Below are positions 9,501-23,860 of a stretch of DNA of 64,000 nt, piece after piece; position 1 is the first letter of the stretch, and every line of letters starts with the position of its first letter. Below the pieces are notes generated by a model. That model saw nothing but the letters and a program-made list of their open reading frames with translations, did no database searches and was not told the DNA's origin. The DNA lies in the NCBI GenBank assembly GCA_964057225.1, contig OZ059894.1, positions 1,116,001-1,180,000 of the forward strand. The letters run 5' to 3'. This DNA comes from Auanema rhodensis (Eukaryota; Animalia; Nematoda). The position numbers were made by a program, and so were the translations under genes.

Positions 9501-12500
9501 CACTATACTACATTGAGAAACGCTTGATACAAAAATTAGTTATGATCGTTTGAAAAATGATGCATTAGTGTATGTTGAGTTTCCATGTACACTCAACATT
9601 GCTTCCAAAAACATTTTGACAAAAATGTTTTCGAAAAATTTCAAAATAATTTAGCAAAAAGTAGATGTTTTTAGATTCCTTTTTTCAAGGCAAAGACGAT
9701 GGACAATGTTTTTCAACGAAAAAATTAATTCTTCAGGGTGAAAATCGAGGATATAAATGTGAACTTATATCAGTTGATATCTCGGTGCATTTTTAAGCTA
9801 GCGCAAATCTGATAACACGGATCGACGCAGCTTAAAAATCCGCATCGAATGCACTATACTACATTGAGAAACGCTTAATACAAAATTAGTTATGATCGTT
9901 TGAAAAATGATGCATTAGTGTATGTTGAGTTTCCATGTACACTCAACATTGCTTCCAAAAACATTTTGACAAAAATTTTTTCGAAAAATTTCAAAATAAT
10001 TTAGCAAAAAGTAGATGTTTTTAGATTCTTTTTTTCAAGGCAAAGACGATGGACAATGTTTTTCAACGAAAAAATTAATTCTTCAGGGTGAAAATCGAGG
10101 ATATAAGTGTGAACTTATATCAGTTGATATCTCGGTGCATTTTTAAGCTAGCGCAAATCTGATAACACAGATCGACGCAGCTTAAAAATCCGCATCGAAT
10201 GCACTATACTACATTAAGAAACGCTTTATACAAAAATTAGTTATGATCGTTTGAAAAATGATGCATTAGTGTATGTTGAGTTTCCATGTACACTCAACAT
10301 TGCTTCCAAAAACATTTTGACAAAAATTTTTTCAAACAATTTCAAAATAATTTAGCAAAAAGTAGATGTTTTTGGATTCCTTTTTTCAAGGCAAAGACGA
10401 TGGACAATGTTATTCATCGAAAAAATTAATTCTTCAGGGTGAAAATCGAGGATATAAGTGTGAACTTATATCAGTTGATATCTCGGTGCATTTTTAAGCT
10501 AGCGCAAATCTGATACCACAGATCGACGCAGCTTAAAAATCCGCATCGAATGCACTATACTACATTGAGAAACGCTTGATACAAAAATTAGTTATGATCG
10601 TTTGAAAAATGATGCATTAGTGTATGTTGAGTTTCCATGTACACTCAACATTGCTTCCAAAAACATTTTGACAAAAATTTTTTCGAAAAATTTCAAAATA
10701 ATTTAGCAAAAAGTAGATGTTTTTAGATTCCTTTTTTCAAGGCAAAGACGATGGACAATGTTTTTCAACGAAAAAATTTATTCTTCAGGGTGAAAATCGA
10801 GGATATAAGTGTGAACTTATATCAGTTGATATCTCGGTGCATTTTTAAGCTAGCGCAAATCTGATAACACGGATCGACGCAGCTTAAAAATCCGCATCGA
10901 ATGCTTTATACTACATTGAGAAACGCTTAATACAAAAATTAGTTATGATCGTTTGAAAAATGATGCATTAGTGTATGTTGAGTTTCCATGTACACTCAAC
11001 ATTGCTTCCAAAAACATTTTGACAAAAATTTTTTCAAAAAATTTCAAAATAATTTAGCAAAAAGTAGATGTTTTTAGATTCCTTTTTTCAAGGCAAAGAC
11101 GATGGACAATGTTTTTCAACGAAAAAATTAATTCTTCAGGGTGAAAATCGAGGATATAAGTGTGAACTTATATCAGTTGATATCTCGGTGCATTTTTAAG
11201 CTAGCGCAAATCTGATAACACAGATCGACGCAGCTTAAAAATCCGCATCGAATGCACTATACTACATTGAGAAACGCTTTATACAAAAATTAGTTATCAT
11301 CGTTTGAAAAATGATGCATTAGTGTATGTTGAGTTTCCATGTACACTCAACATTGCTTCCAAAAACATTTTGACAAAAATTTTTTCAAACAATTTCAAAA
11401 TAATTTAGCAAAAAGTAGATGTTTTTAGATTCCTTTTTTCAAGGCAAAGACGATGGACAATGTTATTCATCGAAAAAATTAATTCTTCAGGGTGAAAATC
11501 GAGGATATAAGTGTGAACTTATATCAGTTGATATCTCGGTGCATTTTTAAGCTAGCGCAAATCTGATACCACAGATCGACGCAGCTTAAAAATCCGCATC
11601 GAATGCACTATACTACATTGAGAAACGCTTGATACAAAAATTAGTTATGATCGTTTGAAAAATGATGCATTAGTGTATGTTGAGTTTCCATGTACACTCA
11701 ACATTGCTTCCAAAAACATTTTGACAAAAATTTTTTCGAAAAATTTCAAAATAATTTAGCAAAAAGTAGATGTTTTTAGATTCCTTTTTTCAAGGCAAAG
11801 ACGATGGACAATGTTTTTCAACGAAAAAATTAATTCTTCAGGGTGAAAATCGAGGATATAAGTGTGAACTTATATCAGTTGATATCTCGGTGCATTTTTA
11901 AGCTAGCGCAAATCTGATAACACGGATCGACGCAGCTTAAAAATCCGCATCGAATGCTTTATACTACATTGAGAAACGCTTAATACAAAAATTAGTCATG
12001 ATCGTTTGAAAAATGATGCATTAGTGTATGTTGAGTTTCCATGTACACTCAACATTGCTTCCAAAAACATTTTGACAAAAATTTTTTCAAAAAATTTCAA
12101 AATAATTTAGCAAAAAGTAGATGTTTTTAGATTCCTTTTTTCAAGGCAAAGACGATGGACAATGTTTTTCAACGAAAAAATTAATTCTTCAGGGTGAAAA
12201 TCGAGGATATAAGTGTGAACTTATATCAGTTGATATCTCGGTGCATTTTTAAGCTAGCGCAAATCTGATAACACAGATCGACGCAGCTTAAAAATCCGCA
12301 TCGAATGCACTATACTACATTGAGAAACGCTTTATACAAAAATTAGTTATCATCGTTTGAAAAATGATGCATTAGTGTATGTTGAGTTTCCATGTACACT
12401 CAACATTGCTTCCAAAAACATTTTGACAAAAATTTTTTCAAAAAATTTCAAAATAATTTAGCAAAAAGTAGATGTTTTTAGATTCCTTTTTTCAAGGCAA

Positions 12501-15500
12501 AGACGATGGACAATGTTTTTCAACGAAAAAATTAATTCTTCAGGGTGAAAATCGAGGATATAAGTGTGAACTTATATCAGTTGATATCTCGGTGCATTTT
12601 TAAGCTAGCGCAAATCTGATAACACAGATCGACGCAGCTTAAAAATCCGCATTGAATGCACTATACTACATTGAGAAACGCTTTATACAAAAATTAGTTA
12701 TCATCGTTTGAAAAATGATGCATTAGTGTATGTTGAGTTTCCATGTACACTCAACATTGCTTCCAAAAACATTTTGACAAAAATTTTTTCAAAAAATTTC
12801 AAAATAATTTAGCAAAAAGTAGATGTTTTTAGATTCCTTTTTTCAAGGCAAAGACGATGGACAATGTTATTCATCGAAAAAATTAATTCTTCAGGGTGAA
12901 AATCGAGGATATAAGTGTGAACTTATATCAGTTGATATCTCGGTGCATTTTTAAGCTAGCGCAAATCTGATACCACAGATCGACGCAGCTTAAAAATCCG
13001 CATCGAATGCACTATACTACATTGAGAAACGCTTGATACAAAAATTAGTTATGATCGTTTGAAAAATGATGCATTAGTGTATGTTGAGTTTCCATGTACA
13101 CTCAACATTGCTTCCAAAAACATTTTGACAAAAATGTTTTCGAAAAATTTCAAAATAATTTAGCAAAAAGTAGATGTTTTTAGATTCCTTTTTTCAAGGC
13201 AAAGACGATGGACAATGTTTTTCAACGAAAAAATTAATTCTTCAGGGTGAAAATCGAGGATATAAATGTGAACTTATATCAGTTGATATCTCGGTGCATT
13301 TTTAAGCTAGCGCAAATCTGATAACACGGATCGACGCAGCTTAAAAATCCGCATCGAATGCACTATACTACATTGAGAAACGCTTAATACAAAATTAGTT
13401 ATGATCGTTTGAAAAATGATGCATTAGTGTATGTTGAGTTTCCATGTACACTCAACATTGCTTCCAAAAACATTTTGACAAAAATTTTTTCGAAAAATTT
13501 CAAAATAATTTAGCAAAAAGTAGATGTTTTTAGATTCTTTTTTTCAAGGCAAAGACGATGGACAATGTTTTTCAACGAAAAAATTAATTCTTCAGGGTGA
13601 AAATCGAGGATATAAGTGTGAACTTATATCAGTTGATATCTCGGTGCATTTTTAAGCTAGCGCAAATCTGATAACACAGATCGACGCAGCTTAAAAATCC
13701 GCATCGAATGCACTATACTACATTAAGAAACGCTTTATACAAAAATTAGTTATGATCGTTTGAAAAATGATGCATTAGTGTATGTTGAGTTTCCATGTAC
13801 ACTCAACATTGCTTCCAAAAACATTTTGACAAAAATTTTTTCAAACAATTTCAAAATAATTTAGCAAAAAGTAGATGTTTTTAGATTCCTTTTTTCAAGG
13901 CAAAGACGATGGACAATGTTTTTCAACGAAAAAATTAATTCTTCAGGGTGAAAATCGAGGATATAAGTGTGAACTTATATCAGTTGATATCTCGGTGCAT
14001 TTTTAAGCTAGCGCAAATCTGATAACACGGATCGACGCAGCTTAAAAATCCGCATCGAATGCTTTATACTACATTGAGAAACGCTTAATACAAAAATTAG
14101 TTATGATCGTTTGAAAAATGATGCATTAGTGTATGTTGAGTTTCCATGTACACTCAACATTGCTTCCAAAAACATTTTGACAAAAATTTTTTCAAAAAAT
14201 TTCAAAATAATTTAGCAAAAAGTAGATGTTTTTAGATTCCTTTTTTCAAGGCAAAGACGATGGACAATGTTTTTCAACGAAAAAATTAATTCTTCAGGGT
14301 GAAAATCGAGGATATAAGTGTGAACTTATATCAGTTGATATCTCGGTGCATTTTTAAGCTAGCGCAAATCTGATAACACAGATCGACGCAGCTTAAAAAT
14401 CCGCATCGAATGCACTATACTACATTGAGAAACGCTTTATACAAAAATTAGTTATCATCGTTTGAAAAATGATGCATTAGTGTATGTTGAGTTTCCATGT
14501 ACACTCAACATTGCTTCCAAAAACATTTTGACAAAAATTTTTTCAAAAAATTTCAGAATAATTTAGCAAAAAGTAGATGTTTTTAGATTCCTTTTTTCAA
14601 GGCAAAGACGATGGACAATGTTTTTCAACGAAAAAATTAATTCTTCAGGGTGAAAATCGAGGATATAAGTGTGAACTTATATCAGTTGATATCTCGGTGC
14701 ATTTTTAAGCTAGCGCAAATCTGATAACACAGATCGACGCAGCTTAAAAATCCGCATTGAATGCACTATACTACATTGAGAAACGCTTTATACAAAAATT
14801 AGTTATCATCGTTTGAAAAATGATGCATTAGTGTATGTTGAGTTTCCATGTACACTCAACATTGCTTCCAAAAACATTTTGACAAAAATTTTTTCAAAAA
14901 ATTTCAAAATAATTTAGCAAAAAGTAGATGTTTTTAGATTCCTTTTTTCAAGGCAAAGACGATGGACAATGTTATTCATCGAAAAAATTAATTCTTCAGG
15001 GTGAAAATCGAGGATATAAGTGTGAACTTATATCAGTTGATATCTCGGTGCATTTTTAAGCTAGCGCAAATCTGATAACACGGATCGACGCAGCTTGAAA
15101 ATCCGCATCGAATGCACTATACTACATTGAGAAACGCTTAATACAAAAATTAGTTATGATCGTTTGAAAAATGATGCATTAGTGTATGTTGAGTTTCCAT
15201 GTACACTCAACATTGCTTCCAAAAACATTTTGACAAAAATTTTTTCAAAAAATTTCAAAATAATTTAGCAAAAAGTAGATGTTTTTAGATTTCTTTTTTC
15301 AAGGCAAAGACGATGGACAATGTTTTTCAACGAAAAAATTAATTCTTCAGGGTGAAAATCGAGGATATAAGTGTGAAATTATATCAGTTGATATCTCGGT
15401 GCATTTTTAAGCTAGCGCAAATCTGATAACAAAGATCGACGCAGCTTAAAAATCCGCATTGAATGCACTATACTACATTGAGAAACGCTCAATCCAAAAA

Positions 15501-18500
15501 TTAGTTATGATCGTTTGAAAAATGATGCATTAGTGTATGTTGAGTTTCCATGTACACTCAACATTGCTTCCAAAAACATTTTGACAAAAATTTTTTCAAA
15601 AAATTTCAAAATAATTTAGCAAAAAGTAGATGTTTTTAGATTCCTTTTTTCAAGGCAAAGACGATGGACAATGTTTTTCAACGAAAAAATTAATTCTTCA
15701 GGGTGAAAATCGAGGATATAAGTGTGAACTTATATCAGTTGATATCTCGGTGCATTTTTAAGCTAGCGCAAATCTGATAACACAGATCGACGCAGCTTAA
15801 AAATCCGCATCGAATGCACTATACTACATTGAGAAACGCTTTATACAAAAATTAGTTATCATCGTTTGAAAAATGATGCATTAGTGTATGTTGAGTTTCC
15901 ATGTACACTCAACATTGCTTCCAAAAACATTTTGACAAAAATTTTTTCAAAAAATTTCAAAATAATTTAGCAAAAAGTAGATGTTTTTAGATTCCTTTTT
16001 TCAAGGCAAAGACGATGGACAATGTTTTTCAACGAAAAAATTAATTCTTCAGGGTGAAAATCGAGGATATAAGTGTGAACTTATATCAGTTGATATCTCG
16101 GTGCATTTTTAAGCTAGCGCAAATCTGATAACACAGATCGACGCAGCTTAAAAATCCGCATTGAATGCACTATACAACATTGAGAAACGCTTTATACAAA
16201 AATTAGTTATCATCGTTTGAAAAATGATGCATTAGTGTATGTTGAGTTTCCATGTACACTCAACATTGCTTCCAAAAACATTTTGACAAAAATTTTTTCA
16301 AAAAATTTCAAAATAATTTAGCAAAAAGTAGATGTTTTTAGATTCCTTTTTTCAAGGCAAAGACGATGGACAATGTTATTCATCGAAAAAATTAATTCTT
16401 CAGGGTGAAAATCGAGGATATAAGTGTGAACTTATATCAGTTGATATCTCGGTGCATTTTTAAGCTAGCGCAAATCTGATAACACGAATCGACGCAGCTT
16501 GAAAATCCGCATCGAATGCACTATACTACATTGAGAAACGCTTAATACAAAAATTAGTTATGATCGTTTGAAAAATGATGCATTAGTGTATGTTGAGTTT
16601 CCATGTACACTCAACATTGCTTCCAAAAACATTTTGACAAAAATTTTTTCGAAAAATTTCAAAATAATTTAGCAAAAAGTAGATGTTTTTAGATTCCTTT
16701 TTTCAAGGCAAAGACGATGGACAATGTTATTCATCGAAAAAATTAATTCTTCAGGGTGAAAATCGAGGATATAAGTGTGAACTTATATCAGTTGATATCT
16801 CGGTGCATTTTTAAGCTAGCGCAAATCTGATACCACAGATCGACGCAGCTTAAAAATTCGCATCGAATGCACTATACTACATTGAGAAACGCTTAATACA
16901 AAAATTAGTTATGATCGTTTGAAAAATGATGCATTAGTGTATGTTGAGTTTCCATGTACACTCAACATTGCTTCCAAAAACATTTTGACAAAAATTTTTT
17001 CAAAAAATTTCAAAATAATTTAGCAAAAAGTAGATGTTTTTAGATTCCTTTTTTCAAGGCAAAGACGATGGACAATGTTATTCAACGAAAAAATTAATTC
17101 TTCAGGGTGAAAATCGAGGATATAAGTGTGAACTTATATCAGTTGATATCTCGGTGCATTTTTAAGCTAGCGCAAATCTGATAACACAGATCGACGCAGC
17201 TTAAAAATCCGCATCGAATGCACTATACTACATTGAAAAACGCTTAATACAAAAATTAGTTATGATCGTTTGAAAAATGATGCATTAGTGTATGTTGAGT
17301 TTCCATGTACACTCAACATTGCTTCCAAAAACATTTTGACAAAAATTTTTTCGAAAAATTTCAAAATAATTTAGCAAAAAGTAGATGTTTTTAGATTCCT
17401 TTTTTCAAGGCAAAGACGATGGACAATGTTTTTCAACGAAAAAATTAATTCTTCAGGGTGAAAATCGAGGATATAAGTGTGAACTTATATCAGTTGATGC
17501 CTCGGTGCATTTTTAAGCTAGCGCAAATCTGATAACACAGATCGACGCAGCTTAAAAATCCGCATCGAATGCACTATACTACATTAACAAACGCTTTATA
17601 CAAAAATTAGTTATGATCGTTTGAAAAATGATGCATTAGTGTATGTTGAGTTTCCATGTACACTCAACATTGCTTCCAAAAACATTTTGACAAAAATTTT
17701 TTCAAAAAATTTCAAAATAATTTAGCAAAAAGTAGATGTTTTTAGATTCCTTTTTTCAAGGCAAAGACGATGGACAATGTTATTCATCGAAAAAATTAAT
17801 TCTTCAGGGTGAAAATCGAGGATATAAGTGTGAACTTATATCAGTTGATATCTCGGTGCATTTTTAAGCTAGCGCAAATCTGATACCACAGATCGACGCA
17901 GCTTAAAAATCCGCATCGAATGCACTATACTACATTGAGAAACGCTTGATACAAAAATTAGTTATGATCGTTTGAAAAATGATGCATTAGTGTATGTTGA
18001 GTTTCCATGTACACTCAACATTGCTTCCAAAAACATTTTGACAAAAATTTTTTCAAAAAATTTCAAAATAATTTAGCAAAAAGTAGATGTTTTTAGATTC
18101 CTTTTTTCAAGGCAAAGACGATGGACAATGTTTTTCAACGAAAAAATTAATTCTTCAGGGTGAAAATCGAGGATATAAGTGTGAACTTATATCAGTTGAT
18201 GCCTCGGTGCATTTTTAAGCTAGCGCAAATCTGATAACACAGATCGACGCAGCTTAAAAATCCGCATCGAATGCACTATACTACATTAACAAACGCTTTA
18301 TACAAAAATTAGTTATGATCGTTTGAAAAATGATGCATTAGTGTATGTTGAGTTTCCATGTACACTCAACATTGCTTCCAAAAACATTTTGACAAAAATT
18401 TTTTCAAAAAATTTCAAAATAATTTAGCAAAAAGTAGATGTTTTTAGATTCCTTTTTTCAAGGCAAAGACGATGGACAATGTTATTCATCGAAAAAATTA

Positions 18501-21500
18501 ATTCTTCAGGGTGAAAATCGAGGATATAAGTGTGAACTTATATCAGTTGATATCTCGGTGCATTTTTAAGCTAGCGCAAATCTGATACCACAGATCGACG
18601 CAGCTTAAAAATCCGCATCGAATGCACTATACTACATTGAGAAACGCTTGATACAAAAATTAGTTATGATCGTTTGAAAAATGATGCATTAGTGTATGTT
18701 GAGTTTCCATGTACACTCAACATTGCTTCCAAAAACATTTTGACAAAAATTTTTTCAAAAAATTTCAAAATAATTTAGCAAAAAGTAGATGTTTTTAGAT
18801 TTCTTTTTTCAAGGCAAACACGATGGACAATGTTTTTCAACGAAAAAATTAATTCTTCAGGGTGAAAATCGAGGATATAAGTGTGAACTTATATCAGTTG
18901 ATATCTCGGTGCATTTTTAAGCTAGCGCAAATCTGATAACACGGATCGACGCAGCTTGAAAATCCGCATCGAATGCACTATACTACATTGAGAAACGCTT
19001 AATACAAAAATTAGTTATGATCGTTTGAAAAATGATGCATTAGTGTATGTTGAGTTTCCATGTACACTCAACATTGCTTCCAAAAACATTTTGACAAAAA
19101 TTTTTTCAAAAAATTTCAAAATAATTTAGCAAAAAGTAGATGTTTTTAGATTTCTTTTTTCAAGGCAAACACGATGGACAATGTTTTTCAACGAAAAAAT
19201 TAATTCTTCAGGGTGAAAATCGAGGATATAAGTGTGAACTTATATCAGTTGATATCTCGGTGCATTTTTAAGCTAGCGCAAATCTGATAACACGGATCGA
19301 CGCAGCTTAAAAATCCGCATCGAATGCTTTATACTACATTGAGAAACGCTTAATACAAAAATTAGTTATGATCGTTTGAAAAATGATGCATTAGTGTATG
19401 TTGAGTTTCCATGTACACTCAACATTGCTTCCAAAAACATTTTGACAAAAATTTTTTCGAAAAATTTCAAAATAATTTAGCAGAAAGTAGATGTTTTTAG
19501 ATTCCTTTTTTCAAGGCAAAGACGATGGACAATGTTTTTCAACGAAAAAATTAATTCTTCAGGGTGAAAATCGAGGATATAAGTGTGAACTTATATCAGT
19601 TGATATCTCGGTGCATTTTTAAGCTAGCGCAAATCTGATAACACAGATCGACGCAGCTTAAAAATCCGCATCGAATGCACTATACTACATTGAGAAACGC
19701 TTTATACAAAAATTAGTTATCATCGTTTGAAAAATGATGCATTAGTGTATGTTGAGTTTCCATGTACACTCAACATTGCTTCCAAAAACATTTTGACAAA
19801 AATTTTTTCAAAAAATTTCAAAATAATTTAGCGAAAAGTAGATGTTTTTAGATTCCTTTTTTCAAGGCAAAGACGATGGACAATGTTATTCATCGAAAAA
19901 ATTAATTCTTCAGGGTGAAAATCGAGGATATAAGTGTGAACTTATATCAGTTGATATCTCGGTGCATTTTTAAGCTAGCGCAAATCTGATAACACGGATC
20001 GACGCAGCTTAAAAATCCGCATCGAATGCTTTATACTACATTGAGAAACACTTAATACAAAAATTAGTTATGATCGTTTGAAAAATGATGCATTAGTGTA
20101 TGTTGAGTTTCCATGTACACTCAACATTGCTTCCAAAAACATTTTGACAAAAATTTTTTCAAAAAATTTCAAAAAAATTTAGCAAAAAGTAGATGTTTTT
20201 AGATTCCTTTTTTCAAGGCAAAGACGATGGACAATGTTTTTCAACGAAAAAATTAATTCTTCAGGGTGAAAATCGAGGATATAAGTGTGAACTTATATCA
20301 GTTGATATCTCGGTGCATTTTTAAGCTAGCGCAAATCTGATAACACAGATCGACGCAGCTTAAAAATCCGCATCGAATGCACTATACTACATTGAGAAAC
20401 GCTTTATACAAAAATTAGTTATCATCGTTTGAAAAATGATGCATTAGTGTATGTTGAGTTTCCATGTACACTCAACATTGCTTCCAAAAACATTTTGACA
20501 AAAATTTTTTCAAAAAATTTCAAAATAATTTAGCAAAAAGTAGATGTTTTTAGATTCCTTTTTTCAAGGCAAAGACGATGGACAATGTTTTTCAACGAAA
20601 AAATTAATTCTTCAGGGTGAAAATCGAGGATATAAGTGTGAACTTATATCAGTTGATATCTCGGTGCATTTTTAAGCTAGCGCAAATCTGATAACACAGA
20701 TCGACGCAGCTTAAAAATCCGCATCGAATGCACTATACTACATTGAAAAACGCTTTATACAAAAATTAGTTATGATCGTTTGAAAAATGATGCATTAGTG
20801 TATGTTGAGTTTCCATGTACACTCAACATTGCTTCCAAAAACATTTTGACAAAAATTTTTTCAAAAAATTTCAAAATAATTTAGCAAAAAGTAGATGTTT
20901 TTAGATTCCTTTTTTCAAGGCAAAGACGATGGACAATGTTATTCATCGAAAAAATTAATTCTTCAGGGTGAAAATCGAGGATATAAGTGTGAACTTATAT
21001 CAGTTGATATCTCGGTGCATTTTTAAGCTAGCGCAAATCTGATAACACGGATCGACGCAGCTTGAAAATCCGCATCGAATGCACTATACTACATTAAGAA
21101 ACCCTTAATACAAAAATTAGTTATGATCGTTTGAAAAATGATGCATTAGTGTATGTTGAGTTTCCATGTACACTCAACATTGCTTCCAAAAACATTTTGA
21201 CAAAAATTTTTTCGAAAAATTTCAAAATAATTTAGCAAAAAGTAGATGTTTTTAGATTCCTTTTTTCAAGGCAAAGACGATGGACAATGTTTTTCAACGA
21301 AAAAATTAATTTTTCAGGGTGAAAATCGAGGATATAAGTGTGAACTTATATCAGTTGATATCTCGGTGCATTTTTAAGCTAGCGCAAATCTGATAACACG
21401 GATCGACGCAGCTTGAAAATCCGCATCGAATGCACTATACTACATTGAGAAACGCTTAATACAAAAATTAGTTATGATCGTTTGAAAAATGATGCATTAG

Positions 21501-23860
21501 TGTATGTTGAGTTTCCATGTACACTCAACATTGCTTCCAAAAACATTTTGACAAAAATTTTTTCGAAAAATTTCAAAATAATTTAGCAAACAGTAGATGT
21601 TTTTAGATTCCTTTATTCAAGGCAAAGACGATGGACAATGTTTTTCAACGAAAAAATTAATTCTTCAGGGTGAAAATCGAGGATATAAGTGTGAACTTAT
21701 ATCAGTTGATATCTCGGTGCATTTTTAAGCTAGCGCAAATCTGATAACACAGATCGACGCAGCTTAAAAATCCGCATCGAATGCACTATACTACATTGAG
21801 AAACGCTTTATACAAAAATTAGTTATGATCGTTTGAAAAATGATGCATTAGTGTATGTTGAGTTTCCATGTACACTCAACATTGCTTCCAAAAACATTTT
21901 GACAAAAATTTTTTCGAAAAATTTCAAAATAATTTAGCAAAAAGTAGATGTTTTTAGATTCCTTTTTTCAAGGCAAAGACGATGGACAATGTTTTTCAAC
22001 GAAAAAATTAATTCTTCAGGGTGAAAATCGAGGATATAAGTGTGAACTTATATCAGTTGATATCTCGGTGCATTTTTAAGCTAGCGCAAATCTGATAACA
22101 CAGATCGACGCAGCTTAAAAATCCGCATCGAATGCACTATACTACATTGAGAAACGCTCTATACAAAAATTAGTTATGATCGTTTGAAAAATGATGCATT
22201 AGTGTATGTTGAGTTTCCATGTACACTCAACATTGCTTCCAAAAACATTTTGACAAAAATTTTTTCAAAAAATTTCAAAATAATTTAGCAAAAAGTAGAT
22301 GTTTTTAGATTCCTTTTTTCAAGGCAAAGACGATGGACAATGTTATTCATCGAAAAAATTAATTCTTCAGGGTGAAAATCGAGGATATAAGTGTGAACTT
22401 ATATCAGTTGATATCTCGGTGCATTTTTAAGCTAGCGCAAATCTGATACCACAGATCGACGCAGCTTAAAAATTCGCATCGAATGCACTATACTACATTG
22501 AGAAACGCTTAATACAAAAATTAGTTATGATCGTTTGAAAAATGATGCATTAGTGTATGTTGAGTTTCCATGTACACTCAACATTGCTTCCAAAAACATT
22601 TTGACAAAAATTTTTTCAAAAAATTTCAAAATAATTTAGCAAAAAGTAGATGTTTTTAGATTTCTTTTTTCAAGGCAAACACGATGGACAATGTTTTTCA
22701 ACGAAAAAATTAATTCTTCAGGGTGAAAATCGAGGATATAAGTGTGAAATTATATCAGTTGATATCTCGGTGCATTTTTAAGCTAGCGCAAATCTGATAA
22801 CAAAGATCGACGCAGCTTAAAAATCCGCATTGAATGCACTATACTACATTGAGAAACGCTCAATACAAAAATTAGTTATGATCGTTTGAAAAATGATGCA
22901 TTAGTGTATGTTGAGTTTCCATGTACACTCAACATTGCTTCCAAAAACATTTTGACAAAAATTTTTTCAAAAAATTTCAAAATAATTTAGCAAAAAATAG
23001 ATGTTTTTAGATTCCTTTTTTCAAGGCAAAGACGATGGACAATGTTATTCATCGAAAAAATTAATTCTTCAGGGTGAAAATCGAGGATATAAGTGTGAAC
23101 TTATATCAGTTGATATCTCGGTGCATTTTTAAGCTAGCGCAAATCTGATACCACAGATCGACGCAGCTTAAAAATTCGCATCGAATGCACTATACTACAT
23201 TGAGAAACGCTTAATACAAAAACTAGTTATGATCGTTTGAAAAATGATGCATTAGTGTATGTTGAGTTTCCATGTACACTCAACATTGCTTCCAAAAACA
23301 TTTTGACAAAAATTTTTTCAAAAAATTTCAAAATAATTTAGCAAAAAGTAGATGTTTTTAGATTTCTTTTTCCAAGGCAAACACGATGGACAATGTTTTT
23401 CAACGAAAAAATTAATTCTTCAGGGTGAAAATCGAGGATATAAGTGTGAAATTATATCAGTTGATATCTCGGTGCATTTTTAAGCTAGCGCAAATCTGAT
23501 AACAAAGATCGACGCAGCTTAAAAATCCGCATTGAATGCACTATACTACATTGAGAAACGCTCAATACAAAAATTAGTTATGATCGTTTGAAAAATGATG
23601 CATTAGTGTATGTTGAGTTTCCATGTACACTCAACATTGCTTCCAAAAACATTTTGACAAAAATTTTTTCAAAAAATTTCAAAATAATTTAGCAAAAAGT
23701 AGATGTTTTTAGATTCCTTTTTTCAAGGCAAAGACGATGGACAATGTTATTCATCGAAAAAATTAATTCTTCAGGGTGAAAATCGAGGATATAAGTGTGA
23801 ACTTATATCAGTTGATATCTCGGTGCATTTTTAAGCTAGCGCAAATCTGATACCACAGAT

